64,000 nucleotides of DNA, from assembly GCA_964016885.1 (NCBI GenBank), contig OZ024757.1:15066001-15130000 (forward strand). The letters run 5' to 3'. The notes beneath the pieces were generated by a model, which did not search any database, was not told the DNA's origin, and saw only the letters and a list, made by a program, of their open reading frames with translations. Both the position numbers and the translations under genes were made by a program. The first letter of the stretch is position 1, and each line of letters opens with the position of its first letter. Below are positions 21,715 to 36,700 of this stretch, one piece after another. Source of the stretch: Eledone cirrhosa. Lineage: Eukaryota.

Positions 21715-24700
21715 CTGTGAAAACATGAATGGAATAAAAAAAAAATTAATAATTTCAGCATTTCATTTAGTGTCAAAATTGTTTCTACTGAACTGGACTG
21801 GAGGGGACTTTTGGAGTAAATGTTGTGAAGCTGGAGCTGCTTCTTATGACACACAAGGATAATATATCTAGTCTATATCAGATATATATGAATATACAGG
21901 GTGAGGACGATATTTGTTCGCAACTTTCAACTGCTATTTTTATGCAAATTTTTTTTACTTCCATTGTCACTCTTGTCTTCATGAAAACAGTGACTATATT
22001 TCCATTATTTATTTTCAGAATAATTTTGAACTTCCAAATTTGTGGAAGAGACACATAGTTCTTCTTGGAATCCGCTCCGGGAGGACAAATAAGGAAATTT
22101 CAGACTTTCTTAGCGTCAGCAGGAGAATGGTGTCTCATCCAAAGACGTGCCCAGAGTCATGCAAAGTTTCCAGCGACAACATTGGTCTTAGGTGTCGTCA
22201 GCAGCCAAGGTGACGTCATGCCACCTCACTTCTTCCCTGAGGGCCTCAAGCTGAACACCGATGGCTACATCCGCGTTCTGAGCAAGGTAGTAAAGCCCTG
22301 GATCGACCAGGTAGCTGCAGGTAGGCCGTACGTGTGGCAGCAACACTTAGCGCCCTGTCATACCAGCCGAAAGACCCAAGCCTGGCTGTCAGAGAACTTT
22401 GTCGACCACACTTCACCAGACATCTGGCCTCCCAGCTCGCCTGACTGCAACCCCCTCAACTTCTTTGTGTGGGGCGCAGTTGAACGAGACACCAACAGAT
22501 CTATCTGCAATACGAAAGACGATCTGAAGGCCAGGATCACAAGTGCCTTTAGGGGCCTAAGTCGGGAGACGGTGACGAAGGCCTGTAGCCGGTTCCGAGG
22601 CCGCCTTGAGGCCGTCATCAAAGCCAATGGCGGGTTTATCTTAAAAAATAAAACTACTGTTATTTTTTTCTTAGACAGTAATCTTGCAAACAAATATCGT
22701 CCGCACCCTGTATATATCATCGTTTTGGTGCTGACATACGTTAGACAGGACTTTTGGAGACAATCTTTGGAAGCTGGAGTTGCTTCTTATGACACACAAG
22801 GATACAGTGTATTTATTCTATACCAGATATACACAAATATGTCAACTTTTTGGTGCTAGCATATTAGACCGGACTTTTGGAGACAATGTTTTGAAGCTGG
22901 AGTCATTTCTTATGAAACTCAGGCATAGTGTATCTATTCTCCATCAGATATATATATATATATATCATCATCATCGTTTAACGTCGATTTTCCACGCTAG
23001 CATGGGCAGGACAGGTTGACCCTTTAAGAGAGAATCAGGTCAGAAGTCAGTGTTTCACTCACCGGGGTTGATTTTGGCTTAGTTTCTACAGTTGGATGCC
23101 TTTCCTAATGCCAACCACATTTACAGTGTGGCCTCGGTACTTTTTGTAGGGTCACCGACATATATATGTATATTATATATCATCGTTTTTTCATCAACTT
23201 TTTGGTGCTGGCATACGCTAGACAGATTTTTGGAGACAATGCTTTAGAACCAAATGTCCTTTCTGACACTAATCCTCTTTATAACACAAAGGGACATGGT
23301 GTACCTCTTCTACATTGGATACACAGTGAATCATAAACTCAGTTAGGACAAGCTGTCCAAGATATGAACTGCATATGAAGCTGCACTCAAAAATATGAAG
23401 CATAATTGGGACAAGATGTCTTAATTCTCAACACTGTATGCTAAAATCTTGTCATGGAGGACTCTGTTCTTTATTTCACTGCAGTTGATTAATAAAATTG
23501 GTACCAGTAATACACCAGTATATGCAGCAAATTAGCAGAGCCATTATAATGTCAGGTAGAGTGTTTTGCAGTATTTGTTCTGGCTGTCTGAGTTCAAACC
23601 CCACCAAGTTAAACTTTACCTTTCTTCCTTTCCAGGTTGATCAAGAAAGTACCAGTTCACTACTGAGGTTGATTCTTCCTCTATATCTCTTTACTCTCTC
23701 TCTCTCTCTGGAAGTAATCAGTTGTGTTGTGCGATGCAATTCACGTTGTGAGTCACTATGGAACGGCACTCCGTTGGCTACGACGAGTGTTCCAATTGAT
23801 CCGATCAACGGAAAAGTGTTCTTGTAAAATTAATGTGCAAGTGACTGAGCATTCCATAGATAAGCGTGCCCTTAACATAGTTCTCAGGGAGATTCAGCAT
23901 GATACAGAATGTGACAAGGCTGGTCCTTCGAATTACAAGTACAACTCATTTTTGCCAGCTGAGCGGACTGGAGCAATGTGAAATAATGTGTCTTGCTCAA
24001 GGACACAACGCACTGCTGTGAATCAAATTCACGGCCTTAACCACACAGCCACGCACCTATAGTACCCCTACAACTCCATAGGGAGTTATGGGTCCATATC
24101 TCCAATGCAGAAATTTGTTTCTATGACATTAACAGTTTCATTACTATATTTCTAACTAAGATACTATGTGTTTTAGTTAAATACTAAAATAACCAAGAAT
24201 TACTATGGTAAGGGCACCCTGCTGTAGAAACCATGACAAAAGGATTACAGGTAAATACAGGTGAACCTTGTAAAATATAAAGGTAATCTTTTTAGAGATA
24301 TATGAATGTCGTATTTGGAACATAACGAAACTGAAGGTTCTTAAATAAATATATAGACCACTGTGCTACCATTACACCAACACATCACCCATCTCTTTCC
24401 ATTCAAATTAGAAACTACATTCTTAGCGAGTTTAAATGGCAAGTAAGTATGTTTTGAAACAGTGAGCGAGTTTGAAATTAGAAAATATATAGCTTTCACC
24501 GTATTTTAACTAAAGGAATTTTAGCTTGATAATGGGGTTTAGAACCCTCAGATAAATGGAAAAAGATGAGTATTGACGTACATGAGTTTTATTTTAAAAC
24601 TACTCTAATTGCAGGCACATACAGGTAAACTTTGTAAGGTTATTTAAATTCTGTTTGAACATCACTATATAATGGATGTAAAACACCAACTCAAATAATG

Positions 24701-27700
24701 TTTCTACTTTTGGCTCAAGGCCAGCAATTTGAAGGGAAGAGGGGAAGTTGATTAAATTGACCAAGTTTGTTACTGGTACTTTTTATTGACCTAGTAAGGA
24801 TGAAAGGCAAATCTAAACTTGAAACACAAAGGGATGTAACTATATGCTGCAAAGCATGTCCAACCCTCTACCGAATATAGGACGTTTGCACTTACGTTTT
24901 ATATGAGTGACCTCTGCATCAACTCCTAATTTGATGAGGTGATCCAACCACAGCATTTGTTTAGTAGATAACCGGTCACCGGGGCCTTTCACTTCCGAGA
25001 TCTGTAATGAGGTTAATACATATATTAGCAACTATAATTTAACATAACTATGAGCAGCTGGTTATGCCCGGTTTGAAGTGAAAGAAGTGAGAGAATTCTG
25101 GCCGGATACAGCCGGTTTAAATGCTAAAGGGTTAATGAGCATTTTCTCTGCTAGCAAGGGTTGGTGAGGCCTTCACAGACCGAGTCAGTAATCAAGCAGG
25201 GCTACAGGCTTCTCAGATGGGCTGGGGGCAAGCACCTTGCTTACATATGTTCCCTTGTGAGTTTATTTTATTGTGACACCAACACTCATGAGATTGTCAT
25301 GTCTTTGACACAACTGCAGAGTCATCCCAACCCTTTGTTTAGTAGGTTTTCTATGGCTGGGTGCCATTCCTATCCCCAACCACTTCACAGACTGTACGAG
25401 GTGCATTTCTGATGTAAATTACCAATACTTGGGAGGTTGTCATGTCTATGGCACAACTGAAGAGACTTCCAGACCCTTTATTTAACAGGTTTTCTACAAT
25501 TGACCTCAGCTGGACATGGTATAAAAAGAGTGTATAAACCAAAGAGAGAAAAGGTAGAGAAGTACAACAAACCTTGAATTTCTTAGTATTTACATTCCAA
25601 AGTGTCAAGTCAGGAAAACCACTTCGGGTGTGTCGAGGATTTTTGGCATATCTGCTAAAGATTCCTGCCAAAATCGTCCCTTCCATACAGCTAACCAGAC
25701 CCTGTAATTTAATACAAAGAAAATCAAGATGTGAAAGAGAAAAAAAAGGAGATATTTTTCTTTGGGAGGTGATAATACTGTAGATAAAAAGCACCCAGAT
25801 GTATTTAAGATTATATTGTCTAATGTCTCCTTTGAAAATAGTAATGTGTGATATGACCAGATACTGGGAGGAATCAGCAAAGCTTGGACTTGAGGTCAGC
25901 TGGGTGAAGACCAAGCTGAAGCATGTCGGATATGGTCCAGATTCTCCCCCACTTCATACTGACCCCGATGTCATGGAGTTTGTCAGCTCCTTCATTTACC
26001 TAGGCTTGTTATGCGATATGGTTAAAACCATACTGAGTCATATAATTTTTAAATAGTTGTATGTGATACAATAAAGATGTATTGAAGACTGTATTGTATT
26101 AAATTAATAAAGAGTGATATGAGAAAGATGTGTTTAACCCTTTACATTACTCTATATTTACTATTGTATTTTCACGATAAAGGCTTTATTTCACATAATA
26201 TCGAATCTACGAGATTTTGAAATTTATTTTGAGAAAAATACCTTAACATCAGTATGAATGGCCGGTGTGAACTGATAGAGGTGAGAGAATTCTGGCCAGA
26301 TATGGCTGGTTTAAATGCTAAAGGGTTAAACTATTATCTAATAAGTAATTTTAAAGTAGTGATGTGTGATATGAGAAACCATGATAAAAAATGCTACAAA
26401 CCTGTAATTCTGTGACTGAATTAAACATTTCCCAGTTACCAGCTGGAAGTATGCAGCCATAATTATCTTGCCACACTTTTGTTATGTCATCATTGAGTTC
26501 CTGCAACATAAACAAACTCATTAGCTCGAACAATTCATTAACTCATCACAGATTATGTAATTTTCATATTATATATCATCATCATCATTTTTACGTCTAT
26601 TTTTCCACACTTGTATGGGTATATAGATAAAAAAAACATCTTTCATGGGTGTGTATATATATATAAAAAAACTTCTTTCGTGGGTATATGTATAAAAAAA
26701 ATTCTTTTGTGGGTATATATATAATAAACATGTTTCATGGGTATATATCATCATCATCAACGTTTAACGTCCGTGTTCCACGCTTGCATGGGTTTGGACG
26801 GGGGTAGTCCCACTTGAGGCAAGAGTGATTGTCTTGCTCGCATAGGACTGTCTGGCAGGTTTTCTACAGTTGGATGCCCTTCCTAACACCAACCACATTT
26901 ACAGTGTGGGTCTGGGAGGTTTTTACCGTGTTGCCTACACGGCCACATTACAGCGTGGACTGTGTGTTTTTTTTGTCGTGACACCTACACGATCTCATTT
27001 GTTTCGGCCTGGATGGCGCGGCACCAACATAACTTTACATAGAAGGGGGCGGTGTGGATGGGGTGGGGGTGGTGGGACGGGAGTGTATTTTGTTAGAGAT
27101 GCCTACTGGCTGGAGTAGGTTTTACTATATATTTAGGTAAGGCGGGTCTTCTCTGTTTCTGAGTACCGCCAAAGGTCTCGGTCCAGTGACATTGTCTTGG
27201 AGAGGTGTAAGTGTGTGATGTCAGAGTTTATCAGCTCGTCCCAGGTTTTTCTAGGTCTGCCTACTCCGTGACTACCGTCTATCTTTATTGCCCTGCACTT
27301 TGTTATACAGCTATCGACTTTCATGCGCATCACGTGTCCATACCAACGTAGCCTTCTCTTGAGTAAACAACATCTGATCCCTCTTATCTCTAATTTTTTC
27401 CTTAGTTCGTTTATGCTTTGCCGTTCACGTATATTAGTTACACATCCAGCGGAGCATGCAAGCTTCGTTCCTCTCTAGTCTGCGTATATCCTCTACACAC
27501 AATGCCCAGGTCTCACTGCCATGCAGCATTGCTGTTCGTATGCAGGCATCGTGCAACCTGCCTTTCATTTTTAGGGAGAACCCTTTAGCAGCTAATAGTG
27601 GTATAAGCTCTCTGAACTTTTTCCAACCAGTTCTGACTCTAGCTACAATACTTTCAGAGCACCCTCCCCCACTGCTGATTTTATCACCCAGGTAACGGAA

Positions 27701-30700
27701 GCTGTCCACTATTTCTATAGAACCCTCTGCGCAATTGAAAGAGCTAGTATTTTGTGGGCACTTGCTGCTACTTATTGCACCAGAACACCGGCCACATGTA
27801 AAATCTATGTTCTTAGTTAGCTTACCTGTGATCCCACTACATCTTTTATGCACCCATACTTTGCATTTAGGACATAAAATGGAGTTTCTACCTACGCCTT
27901 TCCTACACACCGAGCACGACCATTTCCCAGAAGGGACCGCCGCCTTGTTTTCTTTCCTACAAACTAGAACTTTGGTCTTAGCCAGGTTAATTTTAAGTCC
28001 TTTTGACTCTAGGCCGTGCTTCCATGTTTGGAATTTCTTTATATATATATATATATAAAAAAAAACTTCTTTCATCTCGACTCCATTCTCGCATCCGTAG
28101 TAGCTGCCCTCCCCTCCCACGTATCTAGCACCAACCATGCCCTCCACCTTTTCAACTCCATCTTTCCACCTTTTATCTTCTGCTTTCCTCCTTGCAAAGT
28201 ATACTTGTCGCCTATCCTCTTTGTAGTGCACCCTGCTTCCCCTGTTCTTCCATTTTTTTCTAAGCCTGTATCTTGGCCTTGTCTCATCTACCTTATTATT
28301 CCACCACCAGGTCACTCTCCTCTCTGTAGCCCTGCTCTATTCACAGATCTCATCTCTCACCTTCAGTAGATTATCTTTCAGGAACTCCCAATGCTCTTCT
28401 ATATTCAATGTCTCTATTTGTTCTTCCTTACTGTTATATTCCACAAGCAAAATATCTCTAAATTTATTACTGGCTGAGGGTTCTTTCAACTTCCATATCC
28501 TTATCTTCTGGGTTGTTTGCTGTCTCCAAGTTCGCCTGGCTTTGACAATAACAACCTGTCTAACCTTCACCAGCGTGGAAAGTAGACATTAAACAAGGAT
28601 GATGATTACACAGAAACACACACAGACAGGCACAGAAATACATACACATACAGACATACATACACACACAAACACATACAGAAATACATACACACACACA
28701 GACAGAAATACACAGACACCCAGACACAGAAATACATACACACAGAGACTCAGAAATACATACGCACACATACACACAGACACAGAAATACACATATAGC
28801 TTTACCTGTTCAGATGCAGTGGAGATATATTGCAAACGTGCATCAATTAATTCTTTTCTGTTTAAATAGAAGTCAACAGATGCCAGATCAAGGGGTGCCG
28901 CCTGAAATGGGTTAATGAATACATCTGGTATATCCATATACAGTATCTCCCAGAATAACAGAGTAAAAAGGAACAGCACAACAGACCCTTCAGCATGGAT
29001 ACCTGTAACAGAGAACAAACGGTATAGAATTAAAGAATTGAGCATCGCTAACTCTTCAGCATGGGTCACATGAAATTAATCCTTTAGCATTTACATTACT
29101 CTATATTTACTATCATATTTTCACAGTAAAGGCTTTACCTCACATAACATTTTCATTACTCTATATTTACTATCATATGTTCACAGTAAAGGCTTTACTT
29201 CACATAACATTTTCATTACTCTATATTTACTATTACATTTTCACAGTAAAGGCTTTACCTCACATAACATTTTCATTACTCTATATTTACTATTACATTT
29301 TCACAGTAAAGGCTTTACCTCACATAACATTTACATTACTCTATATTTACTATCATATTTTCACAGTAAAGGCTTTACCTCACATAACATTTTCATTACT
29401 CTATATTTACTATCATATTTTCACAGTAAAGGCTTTACCTCACATATTTTCATTACTCTATATTTACTATTACATTTTCACAGTAAAGGCTTTACCTCAC
29501 ATAACATTTTCATTACTCTATATTTACTATTACATTTTCACAGTAAAGGCTTTACCTCACATAACATTTTCATTACTCTATATTTACTATTACATTTTCA
29601 CAGTAAAGGCTTTACCTCACATAACATTTACATTACTCTATATTTACTATTATATTTTCACAGTAAAGGCTTTACCTCACATAACATTTTCATTACTCTA
29701 TATTTACTATCATATTTTCACAGTAAAGGCTTTACCTCACATAACATTTTCATTACTCTATATTTACTATTATATTTTCACAGTAAAGGCTTTACCTCAC
29801 ATAACATTTTCATTACTCTATATTTACTATTACATTTTCACAGTAAAGGCTTTACCTCACATAACATTTACATTACTCTATATTTACTATTATATTTTCA
29901 CAGTAAAGGCTTTACCTCACATAACATTTTCATTACTCTATATTTACTATCATATTTTCACAGTAAAGGCTTTACCTCACATAACATTTTCATTACTCTA
30001 TATTTACTATTATATTTTCACAGTAAAGGCTTTACCTCACATAACATTTACATTACTCTATATTTACTATTATATTTTCACAGTAAAGGCTTTACCTCAC
30101 ATAACATTTACATTACTCTATATTTACTATTATATTTTCACAGTAAAGGCTTTACTTCACATAATATTGAATCTATGAGATTTTGAGAACAATACCTTAA
30201 CATAACTATGAATAGCTAGTTACAGTCAGTTTGAATAGAAAGAGGTGAGAGAATTCTGGCCTGATATGGCTGGTTTAAATACTAAAGGGTTAACATCAGT
30301 ATGAGTGGCCGGTTGCCGGATATGGCCAGTTTAAATGGTAAAGAGTTAAAGAACAGAGCCTAACTAACCCTTCAAAATCATAGTAATAATAATGATTTCT
30401 GATTTAGGCACAAGGCCATCAATTTTAGGGGAGCAAAAGTTCAATTAAATTGACCCCAGTGCATTACTGGTATTTTATCTTACCAACCCTGTGGCAAATT
30501 TGAACTCAGAATGTAAAGGGCTGTAACTATGCTGCAAAGCATATTGTCTGGCGTTCTGATTATCTCAATCCACGACTCTAATAAGAACAACACAATTATA
30601 TATTCTTAAGTCTGTTGACAGGTATCAGTTAGAACTCAGTCATTGGACAGTATAACAAAGAAAAGAAAACAAATATATTTTAACAACAGCGTTTTTTACC

Positions 30701-33700
30701 TTGTGAGTAGCCATTACTCTTATAATGATTGAGAACCAGAACTTCTACAGAACACATTATCACATCTTCAGAGGAGGTACCATTTGTTGTGTCATGGTTA
30801 CTAGTTATAAACTGGTACCGGACACCTGGCAGACCACAGTCTAATGTCTTACCTGTGATAAACACCTGCAATACAAACACTCTATTGTAATTATTTCAAC
30901 TTAGCTTTAGAAAATTATTTTACTAAATCCAGCTAAATAATGGTTTCTGCTTTAGGCACAAGGCCAACAATTTTGGGAAAGGAAGGGAAAGTTGGTTAAA
31001 TCAACCCCAGTGCATTACTGGTACTGTTTTTTTATCAATACCATAAGGATGAAAGGCAAAGCTAACCTTGACTGGATCAAATAATAATAATAATTGTTTC
31101 TACTTTAGGCACAAGACCAGCAATTTTATGAGAGGTGATTAAAGTGACCCCAGTGCATTACAGGTACTTTATTTTATCGATCCTGTAAGGATGAAAGACG
31201 AAGCTAACTTCGACTGGATCAAATAATAATGAAAAAATTATAAAAAAACAAAAATAAAGCGTGGTTGGGAAATTGAATAGTGTTGAGGTCATCCAGGTAG
31301 ATGTTGGAACTTTTGCTGGCGCGACAAAAAGGATACAAAATTGGATACAAAAGGATTCAAAGATTAGTGTTGAAATGTGTAATGGGTTGCTGCAAAAGAC
31401 TGCATTCCTAGAAACAGACAGAAATTTGAGAAGGGAGCTACAGTTGGTGAGGAACTGTAGGGCCCTTGGTCCTGTCAGAAGCAACACTCTCCAAATGGTC
31501 TGGTTGGATCCCCAGGTGGGATCAACTGAGCTTATGGATGTTATCCAATCATGTTCCTTGTAGTTTCCTTCTTGGTTTTGCCCCTAAAATCTCTCCATTG
31601 ATTTTTTTTTCCTTAGACATTCTGACCACATGTGCATAACACTGGAGCTGTGATCTTTCAATTCGGAGAAGTAGCAGCTCTATCTGGAGTGACTCTTTGA
31701 TCTCCGAACTATGCAACCTATTGAATAACATTACTCCAAAAACCCTTCAAGGAACCTCATTTCAGACACTTTTGCAATCATAATCTTTCAATCATTACCC
31801 AAGATTCAAGACCAGGTGAGGATAAGCATGAACAATGAATTGAAGTTAGTGAGTTTGTTTTTACACCTAACTCCTTTTTCTGATCACCGAATGCTGAAGC
31901 TGCTGCATTACTCCACCAATTCTTGAACTTAATTCAGCCCCTTGTCTTACACCACTCAAGAAATTAGTCCCAATATACTTGAACTTCTCTGCTTACTTCA
32001 GTATAACTACATTCATAAACAGAATGCTCTATTATCATCATCATCATCACCGTTTTACGTCCTTTCTTCCACGCTAGCATGGGTTAGACGGGTTGTCCTG
32101 TTGTGGGCAGTGTCTGGTCGGCTGACCATGCCTTGCTCATACAGGAACTGATTTGGCTTGATTTCTACAGCTGGGTGCCCTTCCTAACACCAACCTTATT
32201 TACAGTGAGTGCTGGGTGCTTTTTCCTGGCGCCTACACGTCCACTTTACAGTGTGGGCTGGGTGCTTTTTTGCTGTGGCACCTCCACGACCACCTTGCGG
32301 TGGGGGTGTGGGGGCATATTGTCTATATGCTTCAGCTTGAACCCATGGGAGGTCGGGTACTCTGTATTACTGCGTGACGCCAGAGGTCACGGTCGTGTGT
32401 CATTGCCTTTGAGAGGTGTAATTGGGAAAGGTCATATGAAAATCATAGGTAATGTTTTCATCATCACTGTTTAACTCTTTAGCATTTACAATACTCTATA
32501 TATATACCCATGCTAGTGTGGAAAATGGACGTTAACCTATGATGATGATGATGACACTATTGTATTTTTGTGGTAAAGACTTTATCTCATAAAATCTATG
32601 AGATTTTGATACTATTTATTTTGAGAACAATACCTTAATGTAGGTATGAGTGGCTGGTTACAGCTGGTTTGAACAGAAAGATGTGAGAGAATTCTGGCCG
32701 GATACAGCCGGTTTAAATGCTAAAGGGTTAATGTATATTTTCACACATGCATGGATTAGACAGGCTGTCACATTATGACACAAGTCAGGTCAGTTGACCA
32801 TGTCTTCTTCATACGCAACTGTTTCTAGAATGGTTTCTATGGTTGGCTGACCATCCTAACACTAACCACACTACAGGGTGGACCGGGAACCTTTTATTTT
32901 AGATACCAACTTGACCATCTGACAGGGTGGACTGGGAACCTTTTGTTTTAGATACCAAATTGACCATCTGACAGGGTGGACTGGGTACCTTTTATTTTCA
33001 GCACCAAATTGACCATCTGACAGGGTGGACTGGGTACCTTTTATTTTCAGCACCAAATTGACCATCTGACAGGGTGGACTGGGTACCTTTTATTTTCAGC
33101 AGCACCAAATTGACCATCTGACAGGGTGGACTGGGTACCTTTTATTTTCAGCACCAAATTGACCATCTGACAGAGTGGACTGGGTACCTTTTATTTTCAG
33201 CACCAAATTGACCATCTGACAAGGTGGACTGGGTAGATTTTATTTTAGACACCAAATTGACCATCTAACAGGGTGGACTGGGTGCTTTTTCATTGTGGCA
33301 CCTTGTATTAGAAATATAAGGCAAGGGTTAAGAACCAGGAGGTATAAAACTTACCTTTGGGGCTTCAACAACAGGAACATGTTCCAGTTTCAATAATCTT
33401 TTATGCCATCGAGATTTGGTATCTTTGCAAATTTTTTCTGCCCTTAAATATAATGAATACCTATGGCCAACCGACACCCATGAGTCTTTTAAACTTTTTT
33501 CTATTACATCCAGAGCCTGGAAACAATAAACAAAAAGAAAATGAAGAAACGTTTATATATAAACAATGTAAGTAAAATGGTGCCCCTCTTCCCTTGATGC
33601 TCTAAATCCCAACTAGGAGTTTAGATATATGAAATGGAGGCACATGGCTTAGTGGTTAGAGCATTGGCTTTGCAATCGAAAGGTTGGGAGTTCAATTCTC

Positions 33701-36700
33701 AGACCGGGTGATGTGTTGTTTCCTTGAGAAGACACTTTATTTCACATTGCTTCAGTTTACTCAGCCGTAGAAATGAGATGATAGGGACTGGGGTCTCTAT
33801 CATTCCACTGCAAAGTGGTCGTGGAGGTGCCATGGCAAAAAAGCACCCAGCCCACACTGTAAAGTGGACGTGTAGGCGCCACGGAAAAAAAGCACCCAGC
33901 ACTCACTGTAAATGAGGTTGGTGTTAAGAAAGGCATCCAGCTGTAGAAATCAAGCCAGAATCAGTTCCCATCCCACACTTGCAAGCAGGGAAAAGCGGAC
34001 GTATGATGATGATGATGAAATGTTTAGGGGGAATTTGGCAGTGAAAACTTTCAGGAGACCTGCTAAGATTACCTGCTGGATGGTGTAAATAGTTTCTGTT
34101 ATCTAGATGACAGAATTAACACTAGAGGTAGTTATGGTGTAAATGAGTACCTAGCAGTAGCTGGGGTTTAACTCTGTGAATGACTGGTATTTTGTGCAAG
34201 GAAAAGTCTTGTACTATCAGTTGTTTAACACCGATGAAACTGAGATAAGGACTGATCTGATGAGCCACTGGGCTTGAGATAGACTTTAACCCTTTGGCAT
34301 TTAAACCGGCCAGAATTCTCTCACCTCTTTCTGTTCAAACAAGTCGTAACTGGCTGCTCAAACTGATGTTAAGGTATTGTTCTCAAAATAAATAATATCA
34401 AAATCTTGTAGATTCGATATTATGTGAGATAAAGCCTTTTCTGTGAAAATACAATAGTATATATATAGAGTAATGTGAATGCTAAAGGATTAACCCTGTG
34501 ATAGACTGGTGTCTTGTTCAGGGGTAAGTCTTTTACTCTCAGTTGCTTAACACTGATGAAACTGAGATAAGCACCAGCCTGATGGGCTTGGGACAGACCA
34601 TAACCCTGTGATGGACTGGTGTCCTGTCCAGGGGGGAAGTCTTTTACTCTCAGTCATCTAATGCTGAGAAAACTGGGATAAGGACAGATTTTAACCCTAT
34701 GATAGACTGGTGTCCTGTCCAGGGGGAAGTCTTTTACTCTTAGTCTTCTAATGCTGAATCAACTGGGATAAGGACAAGCCTAATGAGCCTCTGGGCTTGA
34801 GACAGACTTTAGACTTTTATAACACAGAGTAATTGCCCCTACCTTGCCTGGCGACTTTAAATGTTGATCCAAGTTCAATGCCAATCTATCATACCAACGC
34901 CCTCTGTCAGTGCAAGCATATGTGTCCTGGGACAACAACTCCTCTAATATCACAACAGCTTCTTTGTAGTTCTTCTGCCTTTGAAGCAGTTCAACCCCTT
35001 GGTAAAGGAGACGTGCACAAATATAGCCAGTGGTACAATGTCTCAGAAATAGGGGCAGCTTCATGTCCCACCTAAAACAAAATAAAACATTAAAAAAAAG
35101 AAAAGAATGGAAGATTATTTAATTTAAAAAAATAAATCAACAGAAATATTCTTTCTAATATAGGCACAAGGCCAGCAATTTTGGGGAAGCGAAAGTTGAT
35201 TATAGGCTCCAGTACTTAACTGGTACTTTTATCAACCTTGGAAGGAAGAAAGAAAAAATTAACACCCCGTTCATATGCGCTGTTTTTGGCTTGATGTTCT
35301 TTCTAATGCCAACAACCTTACAGAGTGGACTGGGTGCTTTTTGTTGTCGCACCAACATGACCATCTTACACTGTGAATTTGGAATCAAAAGGCCTGAGAG
35401 TAAGCTTAGTCAAAACTAAAGTGCTAGTGAGTAGGAGAGAAGAAGGGACCCTGATTCCTTCAGGGAAGTGGCCCAAATCAATATGTAGAAAAGGAGTAGG
35501 TATAAACTTCATACAATGTACACAAGAAATGTGGGATAACAAGTAGACTAACAGAAAAGGAAAACTTTGTATGCACAGTGGTAACTGAGGGGAAGATAGC
35601 CAGTGATATAAACCTTTTCAAGTCACAGGAAGGGTCCATAGAAGGGGCTGAGAGCTTCTGCTATCTAGGTGACTTAATTAACAGCAGAGGTGAGTGCTCT
35701 GAGAGCATAATAGCTAGAATAAGGATATGATGGTAAAAGTTTACTTTTACATCATATTCTAGTGGCTACTCTCACTGTTGACTACGAATGGTTTTTCCCT
35801 ATGTACAAAGGGATGACTGTATGATGTCTGTGTGCGAAGTGCGATGCTTCATGGTAGTGAAACATGGGCTGTGACAGCATAGGACATGCATAGACTGGAG
35901 AGAAATGAAGCAACCATGCTTTGTTGGATGTGTAATGAAAGTGTAAGAGCAAGGTAGAGCTTGGATGAGCTGGGTTTAAGAGGAATCCGAGGGGGTGTGC
36001 AGGAGAGAAGACTGCATTGGTTCGGACATGTGATGCGCATGGATGATGTTCAATGGTTTAAGAAGTGTCAGGAAATCCCAGTGGAAGGAAGCTGCAGTAT
36101 AGGTAGACCAAGAAAGACCTGGGCAGAGGTGGTGAGAGCTGACTTCAAATCACTGAGACTCCCAGAGGAGATGACAAAGGAATGTTGTGCTGAAAAGAAC
36201 CCATCCAACCCATGCAAGCATGGAAAAATGGACATAAAGTGATGATCATCATCATGATCATGATCATCATCATCATGATCATCATATCATCATAATATCA
36301 TCATCATATCATCACTATATCATCATCATCATATCACCATATCATCATCATATCATCATATCATCTCCACCATCACCATCATCATCATCATCTTCTTACG
36401 TCCGCTTTTCCCTGCTTGCAAGGGTGGGATGGGTCTTATTAAGCATGGCATCTCCCCATTCATGATGATAACAAATAGTAATTTCAAAGAAATCTTACTT
36501 TTTTAATTTTTTATCTTTTTTGTTTTCATCGTAGAGCAGTTTGGCACTAAGGTAGACTTCATAGGCACCGGATAAATCTTTCTTCTCCATTTTAGAGAAT
36601 ATCTCACTCTCCATTTGAACAGCGTCACCATATCTAAAGAAATAAAAACAAAAGGTATAATATAATAACTGTATTTACTTTTGGCACAAGGCCAGTAATT

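Noticed and set aside
23470-23484. Alternative FAN1 terminal exon (ctgcag|TGAAATAA)
   Set aside because: Weak pyrimidine tract and gives only LK*; the exon at 21677-21714 matches the conserved C-terminus better
29177-30178. 333-aa repetitive hydrophobic ORF
   Set aside because: Translation of the 60-bp array inside a MITE, in an intron and antisense to FAN1
33636-33710. tRNA genes (also ~40145 and ~56413)
   Set aside because: tRNA-like heads run into shared SINE bodies and tails, with no proper cloverleaf
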